Below are positions 10,269 to 20,922 of a stretch of 64,000 nucleotides of DNA, piece by piece. Source of the stretch: Naegleria gruberi. Its lineage: Eukaryota. Where the stretch lies: NCBI GenBank assembly GCA_000004985.1, contig GG738887.1; one strand, 5' to 3'. Both the position numbers and the translations under genes were made by a program. The notes under the pieces were generated by a model, which worked only from the letters and a program-made list of their open reading frames with translations, ran no database searches and had not been told where the DNA came from. Each line of letters starts with the position of its first letter. Positions within the stretch are counted from its first letter, which is position 1.

Positions 10269-10808
10269 ATTATTCCTATTATAAAAAGTTGCAATTCTAA
10301 CAAAAGTATCTTCACCATTACAAGAAGCATGTGAAAAACAATTATTGAATGACATGTCATATGAATGATATCTGGCAGATTCCACAAGATTAAAATGTTC
10401 AAATAATGGAACTAGTCCACTAGCTGCCAAACTAACACCTGATTTAAACAAGGATCCAAATCTTGATTTAAATCCAACAGGTGACATTCTTGCCCAATTT
10501 GTTAACACGTGAACTGTTTTCTCAAAATAGAGAGAATAGAGATAGGTCTTTTCTGAACGTGAATTTGTACCTGCTTGTTGAGAACCATAATAAATCCATT
10601 GACCATTATCTAATGTTCCATTATTTTGAGTATTTCCTCCATCATTAACTGAAATGGATTGTTGAGTAAAGGTTTCGAATACATTTTCAGTTTTACTTGT
10701 ATCACTTATTATGGATGGATTGCAAGTAATGAATGATACACAGGACAAGATAACTAGGAATACAAATAATATTTTGATTATGAATGGAATGAAATGAAGA
10801 GTTGCCAT
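10269..10808 (-). CDS. Exon 1 of the same gene (signal peptide); start at 10808
   Basis: The ATG follows A8 and is followed by a signal peptide MATLHFIPFIIKILFVFLVILSCVSFITC. The exon ends AAT AAT then a GTAAGT donor. Intron lengths are 85 and 41 nt. Confidence 0.5.
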
Positions 10809-11105
10809 TTTTTTTCTGTTGGATAAATGAAAGGTTTCGTATTTATGATTGATAACTGATATTTCATTGTTCGATTTGGAGCTGAAAAGCCACAACAGAC
10901 TATTGAGGATGCCATTTATGAAATATCGTTCCAAATCAACCATTAAACCAATAGAATTGTTCATTAATTTTTACAACATTCTACTAGTATCAATGAATTG
11001 AATGAGACACAACATGTAATCTTTGTTAAAACCAATTTTCATAAAGATAGAATCTATCCAATATATCAATATATATATGTATGTGAGTGGTGTATGGTAT
11101 ATGGT

Positions 11106-12494
11106 TTATTGAGATGATGAAAATAATGAACCTAAACTTGATGAAGGTCCCTCATCTCTATTTGTTGAATTAAAGAAAATATCAGAAGTGTTAAATGGAT
11201 TACTACTACTCGTTTCTTGACTTGTAATTGGTCCATCTATTAAGGGAAATAGTCCATTTTCTTGTGAAGATAATATTCTAGATTGAGGTAAAGGAGAAAG
11301 TGGTGGTGTCAGGAATGGAGGAGGTGAAGATTGAATATATTCATAATTCTTATTGGTGGTTATGATTGGACTTTGTACAGTATTCGATTCAATATCATTT
11401 GTATTAAAATCATCAGATGATGGAAAATTGGAAGATTTCACAAGAATTGGACTTGATGCTCCTCCTTCATCCAAAACTATTTCATCTCTAGATTCATCCA
11501 ATAAATTAATAACAGTGGTAGTAGTAGTAATAGTGGAACTACCACTTGGTTTTGATACAGCAGCAGTTGCACTACTTGAATTTTTCATTGTATTCTTCAA
11601 AGTAGGAATTGATAAATTATTCTTGACAGCATTTGGTGAAATTTTAACCTTTTTCTTTGAATTAGATGAGGAAGATGTAGCTACACTATGTGAATCAGTA
11701 TCATCTTCTTCATCTTCTTCTTCTTCATCATTGGTTATTGAAGATCCCTTTCTCTTATTCTTAGTCTTTGCTAAACTTTTAAGATAAACTTCAGGTTTTG
11801 AAAGTAATCTGAATGGAGATGAAATCTTTGTTGCAACTTTTTTCATTACATCTCTATCTGTACAAGCTCTATATACATCAATTTCAAATCTAAATTTGGC
11901 ACTTGGTTTAAATTTAAAAACCTTTGCATTTTGCCAATATAATGTAATTTTCCAAACTCCATTTTCATAATCCTCTGTATGAGAATCAGTAATAACAGGT
12001 CTACTTTCAGATGAAAAACATTCAGTCCATTCTCCATTATCATAATTCTCTGTCAAGTCCTGTTCACTCGATATTAGCATAAATAATTTAATTTTACTAT
12101 AAAATCCATAATCAATTTTAGCCCATTCAAGTAATTCTTTTGTTGGTGTTAATGTAAAATCGTATTGATGAGTACGAAATAAACAATCACTTGGATAATT
12201 ATCTAAATTTTTGACTAGCCTACTTTTAACTTCAATAGTTATATCAGCTCCATTGTTTGGTTCATCTTTTGTTTGTGATGGTATGATAACTTGTCCAACA
12301 GAGAGTGGTACCCATGTTAATGGTACAATAACCTTCTTTTGATCATTTGTTGCTGCTGTTGTTGTTGAAGAAGAAGATGAACCTTTTGATGAAGAAGCCT
12401 CCGATGTTGATGACTTTTTAGACTTTTTTTCTGTCGTTTTATTATTCGTTGTTGTTGCTGATGTTGTTGATATCACTGATTTTTTCTTTCCCAT
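11106..12494 (-). CDS. Ser/Thr-rich hypothetical protein
   Basis: The ORF is 462 codons with an A-rich start context. Both termini are low-complexity S/T tracts flanking a structured central region. I recognise no domain. Confidence 0.5.
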   Translation of the reverse strand: MGKKKSVISTTSATTTNNKTTEKKSKKSSTSEASSSKGSSSSSTTTAATNDQKKVIVPLTWVPLSVGQVIIPSQTKDEPNNGADITIEVKSRLVKNLDNYPSDCLFRTHQYDFTLTPTKELLEWAKIDYGFYSKIKLFMLISSEQDLTENYDNGEWTECFSSESRPVITDSHTEDYENGVWKITLYWQNAKVFKFKPSAKFRFEIDVYRACTDRDVMKKVATKISSPFRLLSKPEVYLKSLAKTKNKRKGSSITNDEEEEDEEDDTDSHSVATSSSSNSKKKVKISPNAVKNNLSIPTLKNTMKNSSSATAAVSKPSGSSTITTTTTVINLLDESRDEIVLDEGGASSPILVKSSNFPSSDDFNTNDIESNTVQSPIITTNKNYEYIQSSPPPFLTPPLSPLPQSRILSSQENGLFPLIDGPITSQETSSSNPFNTSDIFFNSTNRDEGPSSSLGSLFSSSQ

Positions 12495-12875
12495 TATTTA
12501 TTCTCTTTTCTTATTCTATTAAAGTCTTTAATAACAAACATTAAAGGCTTGTGTGAGTTTTCTTGATGATGTGCCTAAATTTTTTTTTACTTATTTTTAG
12601 ATGGAATTTAGCAAGAGATCGAAAATCTGCTGGAACTATTTAATTATCACAGTATTTAACAAATCTTTAAATTCACCATTTTCACTCACGCATCATACAC
12701 ATTTGATTAGGTTCTAAAAAGTTGTGCATGTTTGATCATTCAAAAATCAATTGAATTCATTAAATTTCATTGTATAACAGTATATCAATACCATATAACT
12801 ATTAACAATAATATTCTCACCATGATCATTCAATTATATAATTAATTAAAATTTCAAAATTATATTTATTCTTGT

Positions 12876-13514
12876 TCAATTACATATCAATATAATATCT
12901 GAAAATCTTAAATTATTAACTAAATTACAAGATAAATAATTAATTCTACTCGTATCAAAATAAATAATTGCAGTATCCAAATCTGAACAATAAAATTTTG
13001 GTATTAAATAAGGTCTTCTATCAATAAAACGATTTAAATCATCCATTTTAATTAAACCATATAAAGTAGAAAAATAATAACATTCCAATGTTTTTCTATC
13101 TTGAAACATGAATTGATTTTTGTATCCATAGAAATTTTCAATATCAAATTTAAAAAATAGAGCTGTTGGAAAGTAAACGAAATTTGGAGATGGCATTTCT
13201 TGTCCAATTGAAACAAATGCATTCATTCTTTTATAGACAAGTGTATTTCCTCTAAAAAATACCCAAGATACATTATTATCTATACATGTAAATAATTCAT
13301 AATTATATTTATATTTTGGATTATCTGCACTTAATCCACACATCCATAATGTTTTATCTTTTGATAATAAAACTGTATGATCATAATCAGCACATATATC
13401 AATTATTTCTCCTCCAGAAAATTTAATTTCAGTTAGTGTTTTTAATTGTTCTTCTAAATTACATCCAAATTGTTTTTGTCTTTTATCCTTTATATTAATA
13501 ATTATTATTATCAT
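12876..13514 (-). CDS. Hypothetical protein, possibly with RCC1-like repeats (3' exon)
   Basis: The frame is open and there are motifs such as IIDICADYDHTVLLSKDKTLWMCG. The upstream ORF at 13550..13741, and an open frame reaching about 13860, are probably exons of the same gene. Confidence 0.35.
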   Translation of the reverse strand: MIIIIINIKDKRQKQFGCNLEEQLKTLTEIKFSGGEIIDICADYDHTVLLSKDKTLWMCGLSADNPKYKYNYELFTCIDNNVSWVFFRGNTLVYKRMNAFVSIGQEMPSPNFVYFPTALFFKFDIENFYGYKNQFMFQDRKTLECYYFSTLYGLIKMDDLNRFIDRRPYLIPKFYCSDLDTAIIYFDTSRINYLSCNLVNNLRFSDIILICN

Positions 13515-13549
13515 TATTTATATTTTAATTATTATAAATATTATTATTA

Positions 13550-13741
13550 TTATATAATAAATTTATGAATATTAAAAGAAGAAAATACTAACTTGTTCAA
13601 TCCAAATGCGAATATTCTTCCCATAGTTGTTAAAAGTAAAAGAAATTTTCGACCAGTTTCAATTTTCTTAATATATTCAAGTTCCATTAAATTTAATCCT
13701 TTAATTTCATTACAAGAACCAGCTGATTTAATATGATACAC
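13550..13741 (-). CDS. Probable upstream exon of the RCC1-like gene
   Basis: It lies on the same strand, adjacent to the previous exon, with an open frame. Confidence 0.3.
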   Translation of the reverse strand: MYHIKSAGSCNEIKGLNLMELEYIKKIETGRKFLLLLTTMGRIFAFGLNKLVFSSFNIHKFII

Positions 13742-14519
13742 TTTCCATCTCGAACAACAAATAAAATGATTTTCAGTAGTTGAAATATCTATAATTTTCT
13801 CTCCAATTTGAATTTTATGAATATTATTCTTTTCTATTAAAAAACATTCTCCATTTTCTATTCAATCCAGATTGAATGGTATCATTTAAAGTAATCTTTC
13901 TTTTCTTTTCAAACAATGCTGACTTGTAAAATGAATCCAAAGTAACCTAAGTCAACTTTCTTATAACCATATTATCAAAATATAACTCCTCTCAGAGAGA
14001 GATTCAAAAATAGCTAAAGCACCTCTTGTAATAAGAAATGTACTCTATTCATTGCCATGGTTATTTAAAAGACATACTAATTACAAACGTAGTGATTATA
14101 ATTTAGTTTTAATATTGTCCCAATGATTCATCATAAACTTTTTCAGGATCCTATTCTTGATTTGAATTCTATCCGGGTAGAATTTGACCGTCTTGTACCA
14201 TGTCTTCACTTGGACTAATTATTATAGGGTGCCGTAATGAAATGAAGAATAAGTAAATTCCAAAAACGATTCAATGTAAAAATCATTGGACCGGTTACGC
14301 AATAGAACTTTTCTACCTTATCAAATATTTTCAAGACTTTATTTCTTGTACGTAATGCAAAAATGTTAGGTGTTCCTCCGTATCATGTAAAATATTGCCG
14401 AGCAAGAATTTGTGTTGCAAACAATTTTATTTGTTATCAATTCATTTAAAACATGTTTTGCAAATATATCCAACTTTTTATTAATAAAAAAAAATAAGAT
14501 CAAAACAACAAAAGAAACC

Positions 14520-16007
14520 ATGAATCCATCACAAGAAGCAAGGACAACAATAGAAGAAGAACAGGATCCAGTGGTTGTCCATCTTGATTTATCAATCTTA
14601 AGTGGTACCCTAAAGAGTACCTTTGCCCACCAAACCAAATTGTTCCTGGAATGGTACAAGGAGGAGCAATTATTTTCCTTTACCAATTCCTTAATTATTC
14701 CATTGGAATATTGCACAAGACCTACAAAATCTGATGTTTGGGCTTTTAGATCTCCTATTCCAAGAGAGGGAATATTTATATTTGGAAAGGGAGAAACACT
14801 TTCTGATGCCGTATGTAACAGAGCAAATTGGTGGCAGGGTGGTGCAACAGTCTTGATAGACCCTTCAGCTCCTCACATGCGAGCTTCTATTCCTCGTCTA
14901 TCAACAAAAAGGCGAAAAAAGAAGAATAATAATAAGTGTGACCAGGTGCCAGGTGAAATTGACACTTTGGAAGTAATTTCACTTGAATTACGAAATGATC
15001 CGGAATATATGAAAGCTCGTGTCAAGGAAAATGGATTATTTCTCTACTACGCACATCCAGATATTCTTCAAAATCGAGATATTGTTCTTGAAGCCATAAG
15101 AAATAATGGAGCTGCTTTCAAGTTTCTTCCATTCAATCTGAGACAAGATGAAGAATTTGTAAAGAAAGCAGTAGAATTGAACGGAGATTCTTTTTACTAC
15201 CTAAATAGAGAATTTAGAAATAGACAGGATTTGTTTGAGACTTCCATATTCACAAGTGGAACGGCTATTCAAAGAGCTGGTGAAAATATTAGAAAGAGTC
15301 GCTGTTCCATCTTCAAATCTGTTTCAAATGACTGGAGAGCCATCTATTGGGTTGAAAAAAGCTACCCATTCTATTCCAATTTAATTGAATCGATTCTCAC
15401 TTCCAAAGTTAATGAATCTGAATTGCTCCACTCAAACTTGATTTCCTCGAAAGAACAACTTTTGAAGTTTCTTGATATTTCACACAAAGCTTTTTTCATG
15501 AGCACCAAAGAGATTACATTGGATGAACAGGTTATTGTAAAGGCAATGAACAAGAATATTTTGATTGCGAACCATCTCAGTCTTGATCATCTCACTATAG
15601 TATTGAATGATCATGCCCTTATAAAACAAATGATCCAACATCAAGGTGTGGAATGGAATGAAGATATGGCCGAATTAATTTTGAAAAATTCATCCTCTAC
15701 TGACATTGCCAGAGAATTAATAAGAAAATATCCTTGTTGTGCAAAGCATGTCTCCGGCAAATCTCCAATATTGTTGGACCCATTCATTATGAGAAATTTC
15801 GAACAACAATTCCTATTTTTGTACGGGCATTCTCGTTTTATTTTTGATAAGAATAATAGAGAATATTTGGAAAAATTAGGGTATTGCTTTCATGGAACTA
15901 ATTATTTGGATGCTTTGAAAGAAAGATTTGCACAATCCTATCCAGATCTTGTTATTCCATGGCATAGATTTGGAAATTTTGAAACATTTGCTCCACAATT
16001 GAACTAA
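14520..16007 (+). CDS. DUF4116 repeat protein
   Basis: Tandem repeats match the DUF4116 pattern (LRNDPEYMKARVKENGLFLYYAHPDILQNRDIVLEAIRNNGAAFKFLPFNLRQDEEFVKKAVELNGDSFYYL). The ATG at 14520 is the first Met in frame. GC content is visibly higher than in neighbouring genes. Confidence 0.6.
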   Translation: MNPSQEARTTIEEEQDPVVVHLDLSILSGTLKSTFAHQTKLFLEWYKEEQLFSFTNSLIIPLEYCTRPTKSDVWAFRSPIPREGIFIFGKGETLSDAVCNRANWWQGGATVLIDPSAPHMRASIPRLSTKRRKKKNNNKCDQVPGEIDTLEVISLELRNDPEYMKARVKENGLFLYYAHPDILQNRDIVLEAIRNNGAAFKFLPFNLRQDEEFVKKAVELNGDSFYYLNREFRNRQDLFETSIFTSGTAIQRAGENIRKSRCSIFKSVSNDWRAIYWVEKSYPFYSNLIESILTSKVNESELLHSNLISSKEQLLKFLDISHKAFFMSTKEITLDEQVIVKAMNKNILIANHLSLDHLTIVLNDHALIKQMIQHQGVEWNEDMAELILKNSSSTDIARELIRKYPCCAKHVSGKSPILLDPFIMRNFEQQFLFLYGHSRFIFDKNNREYLEKLGYCFHGTNYLDALKERFAQSYPDLVIPWHRFGNFETFAPQLN

Positions 16008-16153
16008 CAATAAATTCAATATTTCATACAAACTGAACCATTCTTTACCAAATATGTATTTTAAACAAATAAGTAATTGAATAATTAAGGTATGTTGTAG
16101 ATTGACTGAATATGGAAAAGAGTTTAGCAAACTTTTAAATTACATAAAATTCT

Positions 16154-16834
16154 TCATCTTACTAAAGCAACAGCCAACGTGGCCAATAAAGCAGCAATGA
16201 TAAATCCAACCACAAGTCCAACTGCAAAAAACACTACTGAATACTTGTGTGGGAGAGCACATTTTCTTCCCAATTCTTCACAATTACACAAAAAATCACA
16301 TTTCCCACCATCCAAATCAGCTTCAAGTTCTTCCTCTTGTGTCGTTTCAATAAATCTTTGTTTCTTCTTTTTTCTTTCTTTGGTTTCTTCCTTGATTGGA
16401 GGTGATTCGATCATTGGTTGAATAGTTGGTGTTTCGTCTGGAATAGTTTTTGCATTCTTTGGTGGTGAAATATCTCTTGAACAAACTAAAAGTTTCATTT
16501 CCTTTACCTGATTTTCTCTAAAGAATTCCAAAGTCGAATTGGAAATTTGATAAAACATCTTTTTCTTTTTTGATTTTAGTGGATTTTCACCAATTGGTGA
16601 AAGTAACCATTCATATTCAATGACATTTTCTTGTGTTTGCAATCCACTTTCTTCAATAACATTTTTAATATCCGAAACTTGATGAATTTGATAAACTCCT
16701 CTCAGAGATGTTCCATTAATTTTCTTTTTTGGATGATCAAAGAATAACCACAGTGGAGTTGTTACAGCAGTATTGATGGCTGTGGAGAAGGCAAGGGATC
16801 CCAAAGGTTGTGAAGTATTGTTGTTTTCAGCCAT
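16154..16834 (-). CDS. Tail-anchored membrane protein, hypothetical
   Basis: The ORF is 226 codons with a single C-terminal TM helix (VVFFAVGLVVGFIIAALLATLAVALV) and a Lys-rich linker. Confidence 0.5.
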   Translation of the reverse strand: MAENNNTSQPLGSLAFSTAINTAVTTPLWLFFDHPKKKINGTSLRGVYQIHQVSDIKNVIEESGLQTQENVIEYEWLLSPIGENPLKSKKKKMFYQISNSTLEFFRENQVKEMKLLVCSRDISPPKNAKTIPDETPTIQPMIESPPIKEETKERKKKKQRFIETTQEEELEADLDGGKCDFLCNCEELGRKCALPHKYSVVFFAVGLVVGFIIAALLATLAVALVR

Positions 16835-17183
16835 TTTTTTATTGTTGTGCTAAAGATAAACAACTCAGGTGTCACGCTATTTAACAAGCCAAATATGTAA
16901 ATTTTGGTGGATATTGACATTATGGAGCTAATACAGACAGTAAGCGTCATAATTGGTTAATCCAATGTATTGATTGGGGTAGAATTCAAAAATTCATCAC
17001 TCAAATATGTTTTAATTGTGTTTTTGTTGAGATGTTTGTTTTGAGCAACATTTTCTCTGGTGTGATTCAAACCCACCATATACAAACCGCCACAATCCTC
17101 TCATTACAGTTACCATGATTAATAAGGTGAAACGTAGTTCTCTCTGTAAATCCTGCCGTATCAAAAAAAACTTGAACAAAATA

Positions 17184-17858
17184 ATGAAGGGCTCAATCCT
17201 CGTGTCCATTGTTCTTCTTCTCATTGTTAGCTTGCAATTGGTCTCAGCTTTTGGTGTTGCCGATAGCACTGTTGATAGAGTGAGAAAGACTCTTGTTGAA
17301 AAACAGGAACAACTCAAGAAAGTTCAAGATGGCATTCAATATCAAGAGGTTCTTCTCTCGGGATCTAAGAATTATGGAAATAAGGAAAGTCCAATAATGA
17401 TATCTTATAATCAAGAGAAGGAACAACAAATTTCCGAATTAAAACAACTTGAAAAGACAATCAATTTTGAAGTGGATTTCTTAAAGAAGAATTGGGAGGA
17501 AAGAGTTGTTATTGCCTTGTATCGTAATTTACTCAATAGAGCTCCAGAACCAACTGGATTGGCTCATTGGGCTAGTGTCTTGAGAGTGAATGATGTTAGA
17601 AAGACCATCAAAGCGATCGCCCATTCCGAAGAATACAAGCAAAAGAATATGAATACTCCAACTGAAACTGTCAAGAATGGTTATAGAATTATCTTGGGCA
17701 GAGAAGTTGAATCAGATAGTGTATTGGCTGAACAAGTTAAAAATGTGGAAAAGTTTGGACCTTTGGCTGTTATTGTTGCTTTGATTGATTCTGATGAATA
17801 TACTAAGGCATTTGGAGATTATTCAGTGCCTATTCCTGCTCAAATTACAAAGAAATAA
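17184..17858 (+). CDS. Secreted DUF4214 domain protein
   Basis: A signal peptide (MKGSILVSIVLLLIVSLQLVSA) is followed by a DUF4214 signature (ALYRNLLNRAPEPTGLAHWASVLRVNDVRKTIKAIAHSEEY). Confidence 0.6.
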   Translation: MKGSILVSIVLLLIVSLQLVSAFGVADSTVDRVRKTLVEKQEQLKKVQDGIQYQEVLLSGSKNYGNKESPIMISYNQEKEQQISELKQLEKTINFEVDFLKKNWEERVVIALYRNLLNRAPEPTGLAHWASVLRVNDVRKTIKAIAHSEEYKQKNMNTPTETVKNGYRIILGREVESDSVLAEQVKNVEKFGPLAVIVALIDSDEYTKAFGDYSVPIPAQITKK

Positions 17859-18099
17859 ACTCAGTTCAGAACATGTTTCAACATTGTTTAAGTAAATACA
17901 TCCAAGTAATTGTAATACATGATTTTGCAGGCAAGCTGTTAAGAATAAATGTATTCAACTGCACTATTATCCTTCAATTTTCACTTCCGTGGTCAAACAG
18001 AATTAGAAGACATCCAATATCAACTTAGCTTCCGGAGTTTAAACTTGTTGTCCAGAACAACTTCAATTCCCATAATATCCACTTAGCTTGACTAATGAC

Positions 18100-18960
18100 A
18101 CATGACTTCCTCATATCCTAGATATTTCCAATGTGGAGTTGGTTTATTGTAAAAGGTTCGAGGATATTTCCATTTAGTTTCATTTAAATATTTCAGATGT
18201 TTGTATTTGTAATAATTTTCTCATTCAAAAAAAAATGTTTAAACAAGCAATTCTTTCAGTCTTGATCGTTGCAATCATTGCTTCCTCTGCCTATGCTTCT
18301 CCTATTTTTTCTTTCGTTAAACAATTCGAAAGTGCCAACAAGAGATCTCCAACCTCTTCAAACATCTGTTGTTTGCCAAATGTCTTCTCCATGAAGGGTG
18401 TTTTCAATCAAGTTTCCATCGTTGCCAATAACAGTACCTTACAACCAGTCGATGGTGGTTTCAACTTTGTTGTTGATTACAATGCTGGTAAAATTAGACA
18501 AGATATCACTTACACAGTTGATGGAGCTGTCAATACCTATACTAATTGGGACTTTAAGATTAGTTCTTCTATTACTGTTTCCTATGATTTACAAAGTGGC
18601 AAATGTCATTGTCATAAGGTTACAGATTTCAATCAATGGGAGGCATACTGTATTCCAAATACTGGAACCGTTACCAAAGCAAAGATTGGTTCCTATGATG
18701 CTTTGAAGATTGTCAATACTCAAAATGGTGCAATTGGTACTTTCTGGACATTCAGAGAACCACAAATGGCCAATGATAAGTGTTGGATTTTGAATACCTT
18801 GGCTGTTTCTTCAACTGCTTCTCTAGAGCAAATGTATTATGATATGGTTGAAAAGGTTGATTCAAATGTTTTCACTGTCCCTGCTTCTTGTCCATCAATT
18901 AATACTTGTTTGTCTCAATAAATTATCATAACATGAGTTGTGTTAATTGATACAATTTCT
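18100..18960. repeat. Segmental duplication copy A (EPDR-like gene plus about 130 nt of promoter/5'UTR and about 30 nt of 3' flank)
   Basis: The inverted partner lies at about 57790..58640. The upstream blocks gatatttccaatgtggagttggtttattgtaaaaggttcgaggat..tttaaatatttcagatgt are nearly identical in both copies. Confidence 0.7.
18235..18921 (+). CDS. Secreted ependymin-related (EPDR) family protein, paralog A
   Basis: A signal peptide is followed by a C(C)xxP motif (NICCLPNVF) and the C-terminal motifs DKCWIL and VFTVPASCPS, which compare with DCYPV and VFTPPSTCQ in EPDR1. It is about 90% identical in protein sequence to the gene at 57819..58504. Confidence 0.6.
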   Translation: MFKQAILSVLIVAIIASSAYASPIFSFVKQFESANKRSPTSSNICCLPNVFSMKGVFNQVSIVANNSTLQPVDGGFNFVVDYNAGKIRQDITYTVDGAVNTYTNWDFKISSSITVSYDLQSGKCHCHKVTDFNQWEAYCIPNTGTVTKAKIGSYDALKIVNTQNGAIGTFWTFREPQMANDKCWILNTLAVSSTASLEQMYYDMVEKVDSNVFTVPASCPSINTCLSQ

Positions 18961-19380
18961 ACACAATAGTTCCTTGTTTTGGAAAAGGAAAAAGAAAGGA
19001 GAATCTCTAATACAACAAGAATAAATTTGGACAATTTGAAACGTTGTTACACTATGGCATGTTTGTGTTTGTAATTATGGCCGGATAGAAATGGTTTACA
19101 GAATGCATATTTAACATGCTAGTTGATGATATTTATAACATGTGAATTATGCTCTCCTTAATGGGATATTTGGAAAGTTGAACAATATGTGATGTGAATG
19201 TGTTTCTTGTAAAATATAATCGATTTCCTATCAAATGGTTTTCTGTAGTGGAGCTAATAATTTCACTTCGCACATGCTCCCAACATGAAGGCGCAACTTT
19301 CAAATGTCAACACGTCAAAACGAATTACCTTTTAAACTGTTTCAGTAACTTCAGTTTCACTCCAAAACAAAAAAGAAAAA

Positions 19381-19522
19381 ATGTTTCTTAGTAATTCAGC
19401 AGGTGATGCTATTGCCCCAAGACACTTTGGTGTCAATAGCTCTTTCCAAAGCAAAACCTTTCACATGAAGTTGACCATTATTGCTGCCAAAGGATTGATT
19501 AACACGGATTCAGGAAAGAATG
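19381..19522 (+). CDS. Exon 1 of a C2 domain plus permuted NlpC/P60-like domain protein
   Basis: The ATG follows an A-run. The exon ends ..AAG AAT G then a GTAAGT donor. The 56-nt intron splits the C2 core SDPY motif. Confidence 0.7.
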
Positions 19523-19578
19523 GTAAGTTTTTATTCGAAATTCATCATTTTAATAGATTATTCTTATTCGAAATGTAG

Positions 19579-20795
19579 GTGATGTTTCGGATCCATATTG
19601 TGTTGCTTGGTTGGGAGGTAAAAAGAAGGAACAATTCAAAACTCGTGTCATTGATGATAATCTGAATCCAGTGTGGGACGAAACTTTTGAGATTCCTCTC
19701 GAGCATAATCCCGAGCAATATGTTCTAATTTGTCAATTATATGATAAGGACACTTTCACATCAGATGATTCTTTAGGATTTGCAGCAGTTTCACTTTCCA
19801 TCCTAAAGCTCAAAGAAGGAGAACCATTTGAAATGTGGTTGAATTTACAAGGAGTTCCAAAAGGATCATTGAATGTACGAATTGAACCTTTGGATTTTTC
19901 TATCAATGATGGATTTGTCTCAAGTAATTCAGAGGAAATACCACAAATTGATCTGACAAACTTTTTGAAGGAATATAAGAATGAGAAGGGAGGAGGATTT
20001 TCCACACGAGGCAGAAGTTTGGCATCTATTTTGAGTGGAAATATTTCAGAAAAGGAATCACATCGTTTGGATAAGTTGTTTGGTGTTGAATATTTGGAGG
20101 ATGTTTATGATAGTTTGAGAACTGGAGATGTGTTACTTCACTCTGGAAAGGGAAATTTCTCTAAAGCTATTCAATTGGGATTTTCTTCGACTTGGTCTCA
20201 CTTATCTGTGATTATTAGAAATCCACCGAAAGAAGTATTGGATGCATACAATGTTAAAGTTGATCATTCATCTCATTATTCAACTGTTTTTGTTGCTGAA
20301 TCAGAAACTGATACAGTTGATAATAAGGAAGGAGGTGGAATTCAATTGGTTGAGTTGAGAAGATGGTTTTTGGATTACTTGACAAGAGATCCAACTGATT
20401 TGTGTTGTCTGAGAAGATTAAATATTCCATCAATGGGAGAAAGACCTAAGGAAGAGAATATTACAGAACATTTCCCATCCCTTGTTGAATATTTAAAGAG
20501 ATGCACAACCAAAAAATATGAAACATCAAAATCTGAATTGTTGAAATGTGTCATTAAGAGAAATACTCAATCAAATGATTCAAATGTTTTCTGTTCAGAG
20601 TTTGTGGCAGAATGTTATACTAAAATGGGTCTTTTACCACAAAATACAATCACATGCAACTATGGTCCACGAGACTTTAGTCAGGAATCCAATTTAGTTA
20701 ACACAGTTCTATTGAAAGGAGCCAATTTGACACCAGAAAAGAGAGTGAGAGTCAAGGAATGGGACAAGGAGCACGATTGGGCCATTCATCCTTAA
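19579..20795 (+). CDS. Exon 2 of the same gene: C2 domain then a permuted papain-like NlpC/P60 (LRAT/YiiX-like) domain
   Basis: An acceptor aatgtag is used. The spliced protein reads KNG|DVSDPYCVAWLGGKKKEQFKTRVIDDNLNPVWDETFEIPL, which is a C2 domain. Later a His motif (GDVLLHSGKGNFSKAIQLGFSSTWSHLSVII) precedes a Cys motif (NVFCSEFVAECYTKMGLL). Confidence 0.7.
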
Positions 20796-20922
20796 AATCT
20801 CTAGTAAATTACAGGTGCACAGTTTCACGCCAACTTTAATTCTTCCGTGTGACACGTTTTTGTAACTAAGAAAATGAAACATTGAACTTGAACTCATAAG
20901 TTCGCTTAAATTGTCAAAAAAA

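Noticed and set aside
13981-13995. The 15-mer aactcctctcagaga shared between 13981 and 16690
   Set aside because: A few exact 15-mers are expected by chance in 64 kb. One copy is inside coding sequence. No flanking similarity exists.
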